Shown one piece after another: positions 9,270 to 19,319 of a stretch of DNA of 64,000 nt (its first letter is position 1; the number at the start of each line of letters is the position of its first letter). The notes under the pieces are model-generated. The model worked only from the letters and a program-made list of their open reading frames with translations. It was not told the origin of the DNA and did no database searches. The position numbers and the translations under genes are program-made. This DNA comes from Vulcanimicrobiota bacterium (GTDB taxonomy: Bacteria > Vulcanimicrobiota > Vulcanimicrobiia > Vulcanimicrobiales > Vulcanimicrobiaceae): assembly GCA_963695225.1 (NCBI GenBank), contig OY968762.1:672001-736000 (forward strand). The letters run 5' to 3'.

Positions 9270-11879
9270 GTGAATTTGCCTGACCGCCTCCAGGGGCTCT
9301 CCGCCGACGCGAAGCGCGAACTCTTGGCGAAACTGCTCGCCCGGGAAGTGGCGCGCGCCCGCGCCCATCCCCTTTCGTTCTCGCAGCAGCGCCTGTGGCT
9401 GCTCGACCGGATCGATCCCGGGACGCCGGCGTACAACGTTCCGCGCCACCTGCGCCTGCACGGCGCGCTCGACGTCCCGGCCCTCGAACGCGCTTGTTCC
9501 GAGATCGTCAACCGGCACGAGGTTCTCCGTTCGCGAATCGAGATGATCGACGGCGAGCCGGCCCAGGTCGTCACGCGTTCGGAGCCGCTGCGCTTCGAAA
9601 TGGCCGATCTTCGGTCGCTGGAGCCCCGCGAGCGCGAGTCGGCGCTGCGGGACCTTTCCCGCCGCGAAGCAAGCTACCGCTTCGACCTCTCCCGCGACCG
9701 CATGCTGCGCGCGCTCCTCGTCGCGCTCGGCCCCGACGAGCATGCGCTCCTCGCCACCTTCCACCATATCGCGGTCGACGGCTGGTCGATCGAGATCTTC
9801 ATGGACGAGCTCGGCACGCTCTACGACGCGTATCGCGCGGGGCGCGAGCTGGAGCTGCCCGAGCTGCCGATCCAATACGCGGATTTCGCGGTCTGGCAGC
9901 GCGAGCGTCCGGAGAGTCCGGCGGACCTCGCGTATTGGCGCGCGCGCCTCGACGGTGCGCCACCCGTCCTCACGCTTCCCTCGGACCGGCCTCGGCCGCT
10001 CGCTCCCTCCGTCGCCGGAGCGACGGCGACCGGGCTCCTCGCGCGCCCGCTCGTGGAGAAGGCGCACGCGCTCGCGCAATCGGCGGGGGCCACGCCGTTC
10101 ATGCTCCTGCTCGCCGCATTCGCCGCGCTTCTCGTCCGCTACGGGTGCGGCGACGATATCGTCGTCGGCACGCCGGCCGCCGGCCGGAACCGGCCGGAAG
10201 TCGAGCCGCTGATCGGCTTCTTCGTCAACACGTTGGCGCTGCGCGTCGATTCCTCCGGCGATCCTACGTTCCTGGATTTGATCGAACGCGTCAAGGAGAC
10301 GACGCTCGGCGCCTTCGAGCATCAGGAGCTCCCGTTCGAGCGGGTCGTCGAGGCCGTGCGGCCCCGGCGTATTCCGGGCGCGAACGCGCTCGTTCAGGTC
10401 CTCTTCGCGGTCCAGACGGCGTCGCGCGACCGTTCGACGCTCGGCAACCTAGGCATCGAAAAAATCCCCGTCGACAACGGGAGCGCGAAGTTCGACATGA
10501 CGCTCTCGCTTTCCGACGTGCGCGACGGTCTCGAGATCGCCTGCGAGTACTCGACGGCGCTCTACGACGAAACGCGCATCCGCCGCCTGTTCGCCGATTA
10601 CGCATCCGTCCTCGCGGCGGCAACGAGCGCGCCGGACACGCCCATCTCCCGCCTCGGCACGGACGATCCGGCCGCCGCGAGCGCGGAACCCGCCGCTCCT
10701 CTCGAGGCGCCCCCCGTCGCCCCGCGCAGCGCCGCCGTCGCGGCGGACGTTCCCCCGGCGCTGCGCGCCGTGTGGGAATCGATCCTCGGGACTGCGGCCT
10801 TCGGCCCCGACGAGGACTTCTTCGATCTCGGCGGCCATTCGCTGTCGGCTGCCCGGCTGCTCGCGGAATGCGAGCGGCGCTTCGGGCGCCGGCTACCCTT
10901 CGGCGCATTTTACGCGGAGCCGACGCTGCGCGCACTCGCGCGTTCGCTGGCCGACGTCGATGCCGAGCCCGAGGGCCTGATGTGGCCGTTGCGGACGGCA
11001 GGAGAACGCCGGCCGTTCTTCTTCCTCCACGGCGATACGGCCGGCGGAGGCCCGTACTGCCGCCTGATCGCGCGCGGCCTCGGCGCCGATCAACCGTTCT
11101 ACGCCTTTGCGCCGCACGGCTCCGACGGGGGCCCCGTGCCGCCCACGATCGGAGCGATGGCCGAGGATTTCCTCGCCCGGATCGCGGCGATTCAACCGGA
11201 AGGGCCGTATTCGCTCGGCGGATTCTGCCACGGCGGCGTGATCGCGTACGAAATGGCGCAACGCCTCACGGCTCGCGGCGCCGGCGTCGAGCGGCTCGTG
11301 ATCGTGAACGCTCCGGCCCCGGACGACCGGTTCCCGGTGATCCGGCACGCGTTCCGCCTCCTCGCACCGCTGCTGAAGCTGTCGCCGCGCCGCCGCCAAG
11401 TCCTCGAACTCTTGCTCCATGCCCGGATCGTGCGCTTGCGCGTGGGGCTGCGGCGCGGACCGGCGGCGGCACGCGAGGAACTGCTCGACCTGCTCCGCAG
11501 CGTGGCGCGGCACGGTTCCGGCAACGGCGAATCGCATGAGGATTTCGTCGACCCCTCGCTCGACGATGCCGCCTTCGAAGCGCTGATGCGCGCCCAGCGC
11601 GCGTACCGCCTTCGCCCGTATGCGGGGCGCCTCGCGCTGCTTTGGGCCCAAGGCGAGCCGATGCTGCACGAAGACGATCCGACGCGCGGCTGGGGGCGCT
11701 ACGTCCGCCAGATCGACATCGCCTCCATTCCCGGCGACCACATGTCGTCCGTCCTCGTACACGGGGAACACATCGGCGCGATCATCCGCCGGAAGCTTTC
11801 CGCCGACCAGTCCGCCCCCTGTCATTCCACGCCGGCCCCACCTCATCCCGAGCCGGCCCCTCAGCTCGTCGAAGGGTGA
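9270..11879 (+). CDS. NRPS terminal protein C-T-TE without an A domain (NRPS3)
   Basis: HHIAVDGWS, then an Ala/Pro linker, FFDLGGHSL, and a TE with GFCHGG and GDH. No A-domain core motifs. Confidence 0.93.
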   Translation: MNLPDRLQGLSADAKRELLAKLLAREVARARAHPLSFSQQRLWLLDRIDPGTPAYNVPRHLRLHGALDVPALERACSEIVNRHEVLRSRIEMIDGEPAQVVTRSEPLRFEMADLRSLEPRERESALRDLSRREASYRFDLSRDRMLRALLVALGPDEHALLATFHHIAVDGWSIEIFMDELGTLYDAYRAGRELELPELPIQYADFAVWQRERPESPADLAYWRARLDGAPPVLTLPSDRPRPLAPSVAGATATGLLARPLVEKAHALAQSAGATPFMLLLAAFAALLVRYGCGDDIVVGTPAAGRNRPEVEPLIGFFVNTLALRVDSSGDPTFLDLIERVKETTLGAFEHQELPFERVVEAVRPRRIPGANALVQVLFAVQTASRDRSTLGNLGIEKIPVDNGSAKFDMTLSLSDVRDGLEIACEYSTALYDETRIRRLFADYASVLAAATSAPDTPISRLGTDDPAAASAEPAAPLEAPPVAPRSAAVAADVPPALRAVWESILGTAAFGPDEDFFDLGGHSLSAARLLAECERRFGRRLPFGAFYAEPTLRALARSLADVDAEPEGLMWPLRTAGERRPFFFLHGDTAGGGPYCRLIARGLGADQPFYAFAPHGSDGGPVPPTIGAMAEDFLARIAAIQPEGPYSLGGFCHGGVIAYEMAQRLTARGAGVERLVIVNAPAPDDRFPVIRHAFRLLAPLLKLSPRRRQVLELLLHARIVRLRVGLRRGPAAAREELLDLLRSVARHGSGNGESHEDFVDPSLDDAAFEALMRAQRAYRLRPYAGRLALLWAQGEPMLHEDDPTRGWGRYVRQIDIASIPGDHMSSVLVHGEHIGAIIRRKLSADQSAPCHSTPAPPHPEPAPQLVEG

Positions 11880-12027
11880 GCCCGCCGGCCGAGCCCGCTT
11901 CCCCCGGCCGGGCCGGGAGAGAACGTTCTCCGAGAACCGTCTCAGGCGGAAAGTTTTTCGTCCTAAAGGCAGGCTCGTAGGAGAAAAGCGGGGTAACGGA
12001 CCCGAGATACCCCGGAGGTTTCCCGCC

Positions 12028-13632
12028 ATTCTGATCGAGTCGAGTACCTTAGCCGAACGCTTGCAGGAAGACCTCGCGTCGCACGGGCTTTCGGGCTCGC
12101 AGGTCTTCCACAACCTCTCCGTCGCGGCACTCTACGAGCACGCCTTGCGCCGGAATGAGGCGCGCCTCGGCGCCGACGGTCAACTCGTCGTCGAAACCGG
12201 CACGCATACGGGCCGTTCTCCGCTGGACAAGTTCTTCGTTCGTGAACCCGGCAGCGAGAGCGCGATCGACTGGGGCGAAAGCAACCGCCCGATCTCCGCG
12301 GAACGCTTCGACGCGCTGCACGCTCGCGTCGCGGCCTACCTGAGCGGGCGCCCCGTCTACGTCCTCGACGCGTACGTCGGAGCAGATGCGCGCTATCGCT
12401 TGCCGGTGCGCGTCATCACGGAGACCGCCTGGCAGAGCCTCTTCTCGCGCAACCTCTTCATCGTGCCCGACGAGATACCGGCTGATTTCGCACCGGAGTT
12501 CACCGTCGTCGATGCCTCGAACTTCAACGCCGAGCCGGTCCGCGACGGAACGCGCTCCGGCACGTTCGTCTTGCTGAATTTCGCTCGCAAGACGGTCCTC
12601 ATCGGCGGCACACACTTCGCGGGCGAGATCAAGAAGTCGATCTTCACCGTCATGAACTACACGATGCCGCTACGCGGCGTCCTGCCGATGCACTGCTCGG
12701 CGAACGTCGGCCCCGCCGGCGCCACGGCAATCTTCTTCGGCCTCTCCGGGACCGGGAAGACGACGCTCTCGGCGGATGCCGCGCGCCCCTTGATCGGCGA
12801 CGACGAACACGGCTGGTCGAACGACGGCGTATTCAATTTCGAAGGAGGCTGTTACGCCAAAGTCATCCGTCTCTCTCAGAGCGCGGAGCCGGAGATCTGG
12901 GACGCGTCGCACCGCTTCGGCACGGTGCTCGAGAACGTCGCGATCGACCCCGAAACGCGCCGCCTCGATCTAGACTCCGCCGCGAAGACGGAGAACACGC
13001 GCAGCGCGTATCCGCTAAGCTTCATCCCGAACGTCGTCGCCGGCTCGATCGGCGGCCATCCCAAGACGATCGTGATGCTGACCGCCGACGCGTTCGGCGT
13101 CTTGCCGCCGATCGCGAAGCTCTCGAACGCGCAGGCGATGTACCACTTCCTCTCCGGTTACACCGCAAAGGTCGCGGGCACCGAACGCGGCGTGACCGAG
13201 CCGACGGCGACGTTCTCGACGTGCTTCGGCGCGCCGTTCATGGTGCACCATCCAACCGTCTATGCGAAGCTGCTCGGCGAACGGATCGCCCACCACGACG
13301 TGGAGTGCTGGCTCGTCAATACGGGCTGGAGCGGCGGCAAACCCGGCGTCGGTTCGCGCATGAAGATCGCCTACACGCGGGCGATGGTCAACGCGGCGCT
13401 CGACGGATCGCTGCGCGACGTGGGATACGCGACCGAACCGTTCTTCGGGCTCGCGATTCCGAACGACGTCCCGGGCGTCCCGCGCGGCGTTCTCGTGCCG
13501 CGCAACGCCTGGAGCGACACTGCGGCGTACGACGAAGCCGCGCGGCACCTCGCAACCTTGTTCGCGGAGAACTTCGAGGCGTTCGCGGCGCAAGCCAGCC
13601 CCGAAATCAACGCCGTAGCAATCAAGCCATAG
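12028..13632 (+). CDS. pckA: Phosphoenolpyruvate carboxykinase (ATP)
   Basis: [51 protein letters not shown]. The start is uncertain: ATT 12028 or CTG 12031 follow GGAGG, and TTG 12061 is also in frame. Confidence 0.96.
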   Translation: MLIESSTLAERLQEDLASHGLSGSQVFHNLSVAALYEHALRRNEARLGADGQLVVETGTHTGRSPLDKFFVREPGSESAIDWGESNRPISAERFDALHARVAAYLSGRPVYVLDAYVGADARYRLPVRVITETAWQSLFSRNLFIVPDEIPADFAPEFTVVDASNFNAEPVRDGTRSGTFVLLNFARKTVLIGGTHFAGEIKKSIFTVMNYTMPLRGVLPMHCSANVGPAGATAIFFGLSGTGKTTLSADAARPLIGDDEHGWSNDGVFNFEGGCYAKVIRLSQSAEPEIWDASHRFGTVLENVAIDPETRRLDLDSAAKTENTRSAYPLSFIPNVVAGSIGGHPKTIVMLTADAFGVLPPIAKLSNAQAMYHFLSGYTAKVAGTERGVTEPTATFSTCFGAPFMVHHPTVYAKLLGERIAHHDVECWLVNTGWSGGKPGVGSRMKIAYTRAMVNAALDGSLRDVGYATEPFFGLAIPNDVPGVPRGVLVPRNAWSDTAAYDEAARHLATLFAENFEAFAAQASPEINAVAIKP

Positions 13633-13699
13633 CTAACCTTATCCACAAGCCTTACGCTCCAGGACGTTTTCGGGACGTTGCGTGCGGTAGGATTGTAGT

Positions 13700-13912
13700 A
13701 TGTTCGTGGAACGCGAGGAGCCCGTCGTCGGCTACGTGATCCAACGTTTCGGAGCGGTGACGCTCGCGATGACGACGCGCGTCCATTGTTTCGCCGAATT
13801 CGACGAAGCCGAGATCGAGCAACCCGGGCCGCGCCGGCTGCGCGTCGTGCCGCCGCCTCGCAACGTGATCTTGGGCTCGCACGAGGCGGAGCGCGGCGCT
13901 TCCACCTTCTAG
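13700..13912 (+). CDS. Small hypothetical protein (70 aa)
   Basis: Fills the gap after pckA with a normal amino-acid composition, unlike the Arg/Pro-rich shadow ORFs. No family recognised. Confidence 0.4.
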   Translation: MFVEREEPVVGYVIQRFGAVTLAMTTRVHCFAEFDEAEIEQPGPRRLRVVPPPRNVILGSHEAERGASTF

Positions 13913-13976
13913 CGTGCACCGCCCCTGAGGGCGGGAAGCGGCTCTCCCGGCCTGGGCTGGTGATGCGGCCGGAGTA

Positions 13977-14022
13977 TGTGCAAAACGCACTCTTGTGGTT
14001 TCCACCTTGCACAATGTAGATT
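13977..14022 (+). promoter_or_regulatory. Putative sigma70 promoter and operator-like inverted repeat for the hydrogenase operon
   Basis: TTGTGG (13993)-18 nt-TAGATT (14017) in an AT-rich patch. TGTGCAA (13977) and TTGCACA (14007) form an inverted repeat around the -35. Confidence 0.45.
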
Positions 14023-14307
14023 GTTGCCCAGCTACCATTGATCGCCGGAACAATTCTCCCAAGCCTTCGGAACGCTCAGCTCCCGGCCGGATGGTTTCCG
14101 TCAACGCTCTTCGATAGCCGTGGTGGATTTCAGTTGGAGGAATCCTCCTTTTTGGCCTGTCCGCAAAGCAGGCCTATTCTTCTGTCGGCGAGGGATTCCA
14201 GTGACGGGGAGACGGTTTGCGAAACTCGGGGGCCTCCGCGCAGGTCTGCGCGGAGCCGCGCGGATCGTTCGGACGGAGTCGGCCGATTTCCGGGGCGAGA
14301 GAGCATC

Positions 14308-16008
14308 ATGTTACTGACCGAACAGGAAAAAGCGAAAGCCTTCATCTCCAAGCTGGCCGAGAAGCACGCCCACGACCGCTCCGCGCTCATTCCGATCCTC
14401 CAAGGCGTCCAGGCGGAGTACGGGCACGTCTCGGAGTTCGCGATGCAATACGTCGGCGATCTGCTGGGGATCCACGCCGCGCAGATCTACAGCGTTGCGA
14501 CGTTCTACCAGTTCATCAACACGAAGCCGAAGGGCAAGTTCATCATTCGCCTAAGCCGCGACATGTCTTCGATCATGCGCGGGGCGAAAGCGATCGCGCG
14601 GCAGCTCGAGAACGACCTCGGCATCAAGTTCGGCGAGACGACGCCGGACGGCATGTTCACGCTGGAGTGGACGAGCTGCATCGGCATGAACTACCAAGCG
14701 CCGGCGATGATGGTCAACGACGAGGTCTTCTCGAACCTGACCCCGCAGCGCGTGCACCGGATCCTCGAGGAATGCACGGAGGGCCTCCGCTCTCGCCGTC
14801 CCGCCGTCGGAAGCGTCGGCGACACGTTCACGAACGCGCTCACCTACGCGAAGCACCAGGCGAACGCCGGACTCAGGAAGGCGCTGGCGATGCGGCCCGC
14901 CGAGGTGATCGCCGAGGTGACGGCCTCGGACATCCGCGGGCGCGGCGGCGCGGGTTTCCCCACCGGCACGAAATGGAAGCTCGCGGCGGCTGCGGCGGAC
15001 GGGATCAAGTACGTGATCTGCAACGCCGACGAAGGCGAGCCCGGTACGTTCAAAGACCGCATCATCCTCACGCATCATGCGGACCTCGTCTTCGAAGGGA
15101 TGACGATCGCCGCGTACGCGATCGGCGCGCGCGAGGGGATCATCTACCTGCGCGCCGAGTACACGCACGTCCGCACGCAGCTGGAGGAAGTCCTCGCGGC
15201 GCGGCGTGAAGCGAACCTGCTCGGCCAAGGCATCGCCGGGAAGCCGGGCTTCGATTTCGACATCCGCATCCGCATGGGCGCCGGGGCCTACGTGTGCGGC
15301 GAGGAGAGCGCGCTCATCGAGTCACTCGAAGGGCATCGCGGCGAACCGCGCAACCGCCCCCCCTATCCGGTCGAAGCGGGTTTCAATAACCGTCCGACCG
15401 TTGTGAACAACGTGGAGACGCTGGCCTCGGTCAGCATCATCCTCGACCGCGGTTCGAGATGGTTCACGAGCATGGGCACGGAGCGCTCGAAAGGGTTCAA
15501 GCTGTTCAGCGTCTCCGGCGATTGCACGCGTCCCGGAGTATACGAACTCCCTTGGGGCATGTCCGTGGAACAACTCCTCGCCCTCGTCGGCGGAGTCGGT
15601 GCGAAAGCGGTTCAGGTCGGCGGGTACTCCGGGTACCTGGTTCCGCCGAGCGAGTTCAAGCGGAAGCTGGCCTACGAGGATCTCGGGCTCGGCGGTTCCG
15701 TCATCGTGTACGGCCCCCAGCGAGATCTGCTGGAAGTTGCCGAGAACTACTTGGAGTTCTTCGTCGAGGAGTCGTGCGGCCAGTGCACGCCATGCCGCGA
15801 CGGCAACCCGAAGTTGCTCGAAGGCGTGCGCTCCCTCTTGAAGGGGACGTGCTCCACGCGATATCTGAACGAAGTGATCGGCCTCGGCGAGACGATCGCG
15901 AAGTCGTCGAAATGCGGATTGGGACAGTCGAGCCCGAAAGTGCTGCTGGCCGTCAACGAGCATTTCCGCGACGAGATCATGGCGCGCCCAATCGAAACCT
16001 CCCGCTGA
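14308..16008 (+). CDS. hydB: NADH-binding diaphorase subunit of [FeFe]-hydrogenase (NuoE-NuoF fusion)
   Basis: N-terminal NuoE-like domain (LIPILQ..Q..YG, VATFY). NuoF motifs RGRGGAGFPTG, CNADEGEPGTFKDR, GAGAYVCGEE, ESCGQCTPCR...CGLG. Confidence 0.92.
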   Translation: MLLTEQEKAKAFISKLAEKHAHDRSALIPILQGVQAEYGHVSEFAMQYVGDLLGIHAAQIYSVATFYQFINTKPKGKFIIRLSRDMSSIMRGAKAIARQLENDLGIKFGETTPDGMFTLEWTSCIGMNYQAPAMMVNDEVFSNLTPQRVHRILEECTEGLRSRRPAVGSVGDTFTNALTYAKHQANAGLRKALAMRPAEVIAEVTASDIRGRGGAGFPTGTKWKLAAAAADGIKYVICNADEGEPGTFKDRIILTHHADLVFEGMTIAAYAIGAREGIIYLRAEYTHVRTQLEEVLAARREANLLGQGIAGKPGFDFDIRIRMGAGAYVCGEESALIESLEGHRGEPRNRPPYPVEAGFNNRPTVVNNVETLASVSIILDRGSRWFTSMGTERSKGFKLFSVSGDCTRPGVYELPWGMSVEQLLALVGGVGAKAVQVGGYSGYLVPPSEFKRKLAYEDLGLGGSVIVYGPQRDLLEVAENYLEFFVEESCGQCTPCRDGNPKLLEGVRSLLKGTCSTRYLNEVIGLGETIAKSSKCGLGQSSPKVLLAVNEHFRDEIMARPIETSR

Positions 16009-16050
16009 GCGCGCGAACGCTCGAGAGAAAGAACGCGAAGGAACCTGCAC

Positions 16051-17937
16051 GTGTGCGATACTGCCGTTAAGACCGAGACCGCCTCTCCCGCCGCCGCCGC
16101 GCCCGCCCTGATTACCGTCACGATCGACGGGACGGAAGTGACCGTCCCCGCCGGGACCTCGATCCTCGACGCCGCCAAACGCATCGGGTTACGGATACCG
16201 ACGCTGTGCGCCCATCCCGATCTCCGCGCCGTCGGTGTGTGCCGCATCTGCGTGGTCGAAGTTGCGGGGCAGCGCAGCCTGCAAGCCTCCTGCACGTACC
16301 CGATCAGCGGCCCGATGACGATCGTCACGACGAGCCCCGCGGTACGCAAGGCCCGCCGCCACATGCTCGACCTTCTGCTCGCGAATCATCACGGCGATTG
16401 CAACACCTGCAAGCGCAACAACAACTGCGAGTTACAGTCGTTGGCGGCGGAGTACGGCGTCGGGTCCTACCGTTTCGGCCAGCCCGCCGCGCCCAAGTAC
16501 GCCGTCGATCGTTCGAGCGGTTCGATCGTGCGGGACATGAACAAGTGCGTGCTCTGCCGGCGTTGCGTGCGCACCTGCAGCGAATTGCAGGACGTCGGCG
16601 CGCTGACGATCCAGGGCCGGGGCAGCAAAGCGAAGGTCACGACCTTCGCCGACAAGCCGCTGGTCTCGGTAACGTGCATCAATTGCGGCCAGTGCATCAA
16701 TCGCTGCCCGACCGGAGCGCTCACCGAAGTCGATCAAACCGACGAACTCTGGGCGATGTTGGACGATCCGAGCAAACACGTCGTGATCCAGACCGCGCCC
16801 GCACCGCGCGCCGCGATCGGCGAGTGCTTCGGGCTCGAGCCCGGGACGCCGGTCACGTTCGAGATGAATACGGCGATCAAACGGCTCGGCTTCGACGGCG
16901 TGTTCGACACGAATTTCTCCGCCGACCTCACGATCATCGAGGAAGGGACGGAGCTGCTGCTGCGCCTCTACCGGGCGTTGGCCGGGAACGACGCCACGGT
17001 GAAGCTGCCGCTGCTCACGAGCTGCTCGCCCGGATGGATCAAGTACATCGAGCACTTCTATCCGGACATGCTCGGCCATCTCTCGACCGCGAAGAGTCCG
17101 CAGCAGATGTTCGGCGCGATCATCAAGACGTACTATGCCGCGAAGAAGGGCATCGATCCCAAGGACATCGTCTCGGTGGCGCTGATGCCTTGCACCGCTA
17201 AGAAGTTCGAATGCAACCGCCCGGAGATGTGCGACAGCGGTTACAAGGATGTCGATTTCGGCATCACGGCCCGCGAGCTCGCCAAGATGGTTCGTGAATC
17301 CGGCATCGACTTGCCCAAGTTGCCGAAGACCGATTTCGACGATCCGTTCGGCATTCCGACGGGTTCCGGCGTGATCTTCGCGGCGACCGGCGGCGTGATG
17401 GAAGCCGCGCTGCGCACGGTGATCGAACTCGTCACCGGCAAGAAGGTCGAGAACTTCTACGAGCACGCGGACATCGTCCCCGTCCGCGGTTTCGAGGGGA
17501 TCCGCCTCATCGAGATCCCGATCGCGGAAGTCGGCCCCGTGCCGGCTCTGCTCGCGCCGCTCCTCCCCGACTTCGAATGGCTGAAGGGAGCGACGCTCCG
17601 CGTCGCGGTCGCGCACGGCACGGCGAACGCCCGGAAGGTCATGGAGGACATCAAGCGCGGAGGCCCGTTCAGCACGTGCCATTTCATCGAGGTGATGGCG
17701 TGCCCGGGCGGCTGCCTCGGCGGCGGCGGCCAACCGATCCCGACGAGCCCGGAGATCCGGGCGAAGCGCGCGAGGGCGATCTACGGCGAAGATGCGAGCT
17801 ACGCGATTCGCAAGTCGCACGAGAATCCGCAGATGCTGCAGATCTACGCGGACTTCTTCCCGGATGGGCCGGGCAGCCACAAGGCGCACGAACTGCTGCA
17901 CACGACCTACACGCCACGCGGCAAATTCATCTCATGA
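16051..17937 (+). CDS. hydA: [FeFe]-hydrogenase catalytic subunit, group A
   Basis: N-terminal 2Fe-2S, His-ligated 4Fe-4S and 2x4Fe-4S motifs; ADLTIIEE; H-cluster motifs TSCSPGW, MPCTAKKFE, EVMACPGGCLGGGGQP; C-terminal KAHELLHT. Confidence 0.97.
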   Translation: MCDTAVKTETASPAAAAPALITVTIDGTEVTVPAGTSILDAAKRIGLRIPTLCAHPDLRAVGVCRICVVEVAGQRSLQASCTYPISGPMTIVTTSPAVRKARRHMLDLLLANHHGDCNTCKRNNNCELQSLAAEYGVGSYRFGQPAAPKYAVDRSSGSIVRDMNKCVLCRRCVRTCSELQDVGALTIQGRGSKAKVTTFADKPLVSVTCINCGQCINRCPTGALTEVDQTDELWAMLDDPSKHVVIQTAPAPRAAIGECFGLEPGTPVTFEMNTAIKRLGFDGVFDTNFSADLTIIEEGTELLLRLYRALAGNDATVKLPLLTSCSPGWIKYIEHFYPDMLGHLSTAKSPQQMFGAIIKTYYAAKKGIDPKDIVSVALMPCTAKKFECNRPEMCDSGYKDVDFGITARELAKMVRESGIDLPKLPKTDFDDPFGIPTGSGVIFAATGGVMEAALRTVIELVTGKKVENFYEHADIVPVRGFEGIRLIEIPIAEVGPVPALLAPLLPDFEWLKGATLRVAVAHGTANARKVMEDIKRGGPFSTCHFIEVMACPGGCLGGGGQPIPTSPEIRAKRARAIYGEDASYAIRKSHENPQMLQIYADFFPDGPGSHKAHELLHTTYTPRGKFIS

Positions 17938-19319
17938 GCGCCTTCGACATCGACGAAGCCTCGATCCGGAACAGCCTCGCAGCCCAAGGCGCGCCCGACG
18001 CCGCGCGCGTGCGCGAAGTCCTCGCGAAGGGACGCGAGATGAAGGGCCTCGACGCGGACGAGATCGTGCCGCTGATGGCGGCCGCCGATCCCGATCTCGT
18101 CAGCGAGCTCTTCGAAACGGCTCGCTACGTCAAGGACAGCATCTACGGCCGGCGGCTCGTGATCTTCGCGCCGCTCTACGTTTCGAATCTGTGCGCGAAC
18201 GAGTGTCTCTACTGCGCCTTCCGCGTCCGCAACACGGAGATCGTGCGCCGGGCTTTGACCCAAGACGAGATCGCGCGCGAGACGCGCGTGCTGATCGATC
18301 AAGGTCACAAGCGCGTGCTCCTGGTCGCCGGCGAGGCGTATCCGAAGGGGGGCCTGCAGTACATCCTCGACGCGATCGAAACGGTCTACTCCGTCAAGCA
18401 CAACAACGGTGAAATCCGGCGCGTCAACGTCAACATCGCGCCGCTCTCGACGGAAGAATTCGCGCTGCTGAAAGGCGCCCGAATCGGCACCTACCAGTGC
18501 TTTCAGGAGACCTATCACCACGAGACGTACGCGCAGGTCCACGTCTCGGGGAAGAAAGCCGACTACCGCTGGCGCTTGGAGGCCGTCGATCGCGCGATGA
18601 CGGCGGGGATCGACGATTGCGGGATCGGCGCGCTCTTCGGGCTCGCCGACTGGCGCTTCGAGATGCTCGCATTGATGCAACACGTCCGCCACCTCGAAGC
18701 GACCTTCGGCGTCGGCCCGCACACGATCAGCGTGCCGCGCATCGAGCCCGCCACCGGTTCCGAGATGGCCGCCGCGCCGCCGAGCCCGGTCGACGATCTC
18801 AGCTTCCGCAAGATCGTCGCTATCCTGCGCATCGCCGTGCCGTACACGGGAATCATCATGTCGACGCGCGAGAGCGCGGAGATGCGGCACGCGACGTTCG
18901 CGCTCGGCGTCTCGCAAATCTCCGGAGGGAGCCGCACGAATCCGGGCGGATACGCCGAAACCGCGCGCGACGAGGCGAGCCAGTTCTCCTTGGGCGACCA
19001 CCGCTGCCTCGACGAAGTCGTGTGCGACGTCGCCAAGCTCGGCTACGTCCCGTCGTTTTGCACCGCATGCTACCGCTTGGGGCGGACCGGCGCCGACTTC
19101 ATGGATCTCGCACGCCCCGGCGACATCAAGAAGCATTGCGATCCGAACGCCGCTTCGACGTTTGCGGAATACTTGATGGACTACGGCAGCAGCGAAGCGC
19201 GCGACATCGGGGACCGCGCGATCGAGGTCGCGATTTCCGGGATGGACGAGACGCCCGCCCGCCACTCGCGCGTGATGGTCGCGACGGTGAGGCAGGGCAA
19301 ACGTGACGTCTACCGCTGA
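17934..19319 (+). CDS. hydG: H-cluster radical SAM maturase HydG
   Basis: APLYVSNLCANECLYC, FQETY, and C-terminal PSFCTACYR...C (CX2CX22C). ATGA overlap with hydA. Confidence 0.95.
   Translation: MSAFDIDEASIRNSLAAQGAPDAARVREVLAKGREMKGLDADEIVPLMAAADPDLVSELFETARYVKDSIYGRRLVIFAPLYVSNLCANECLYCAFRVRNTEIVRRALTQDEIARETRVLIDQGHKRVLLVAGEAYPKGGLQYILDAIETVYSVKHNNGEIRRVNVNIAPLSTEEFALLKGARIGTYQCFQETYHHETYAQVHVSGKKADYRWRLEAVDRAMTAGIDDCGIGALFGLADWRFEMLALMQHVRHLEATFGVGPHTISVPRIEPATGSEMAAAPPSPVDDLSFRKIVAILRIAVPYTGIIMSTRESAEMRHATFALGVSQISGGSRTNPGGYAETARDEASQFSLGDHRCLDEVVCDVAKLGYVPSFCTACYRLGRTGADFMDLARPGDIKKHCDPNAASTFAEYLMDYGSSEARDIGDRAIEVAISGMDETPARHSRVMVATVRQGKRDVYR

Noticed and set aside
9395..11539. Long alternative-frame and antisense ORFs (also 23961-26051, 25027-27186, 46889-49324, 61069-63336)
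   Set aside because: These are Arg/Pro/Ala-rich shadow ORFs expected at about 70% GC, overlapping well-supported genes.
11620..12027. N-terminal extensions given by the ORF track for pckA, and likewise for hydB, hydG, hydF, hydE, ybeY and recO
   Set aside because: They overlap upstream genes or intergenic DNA and lack family similarity. Starts were reset using SD sites and stop-start overlaps.
17017..17037. HydA motif TSCSPGW instead of TSCCPxW as a sign of inactivation
   Set aside because: The TSCSP variant is common in multimeric group A enzymes, and all other H-cluster motifs and the maturases are intact.
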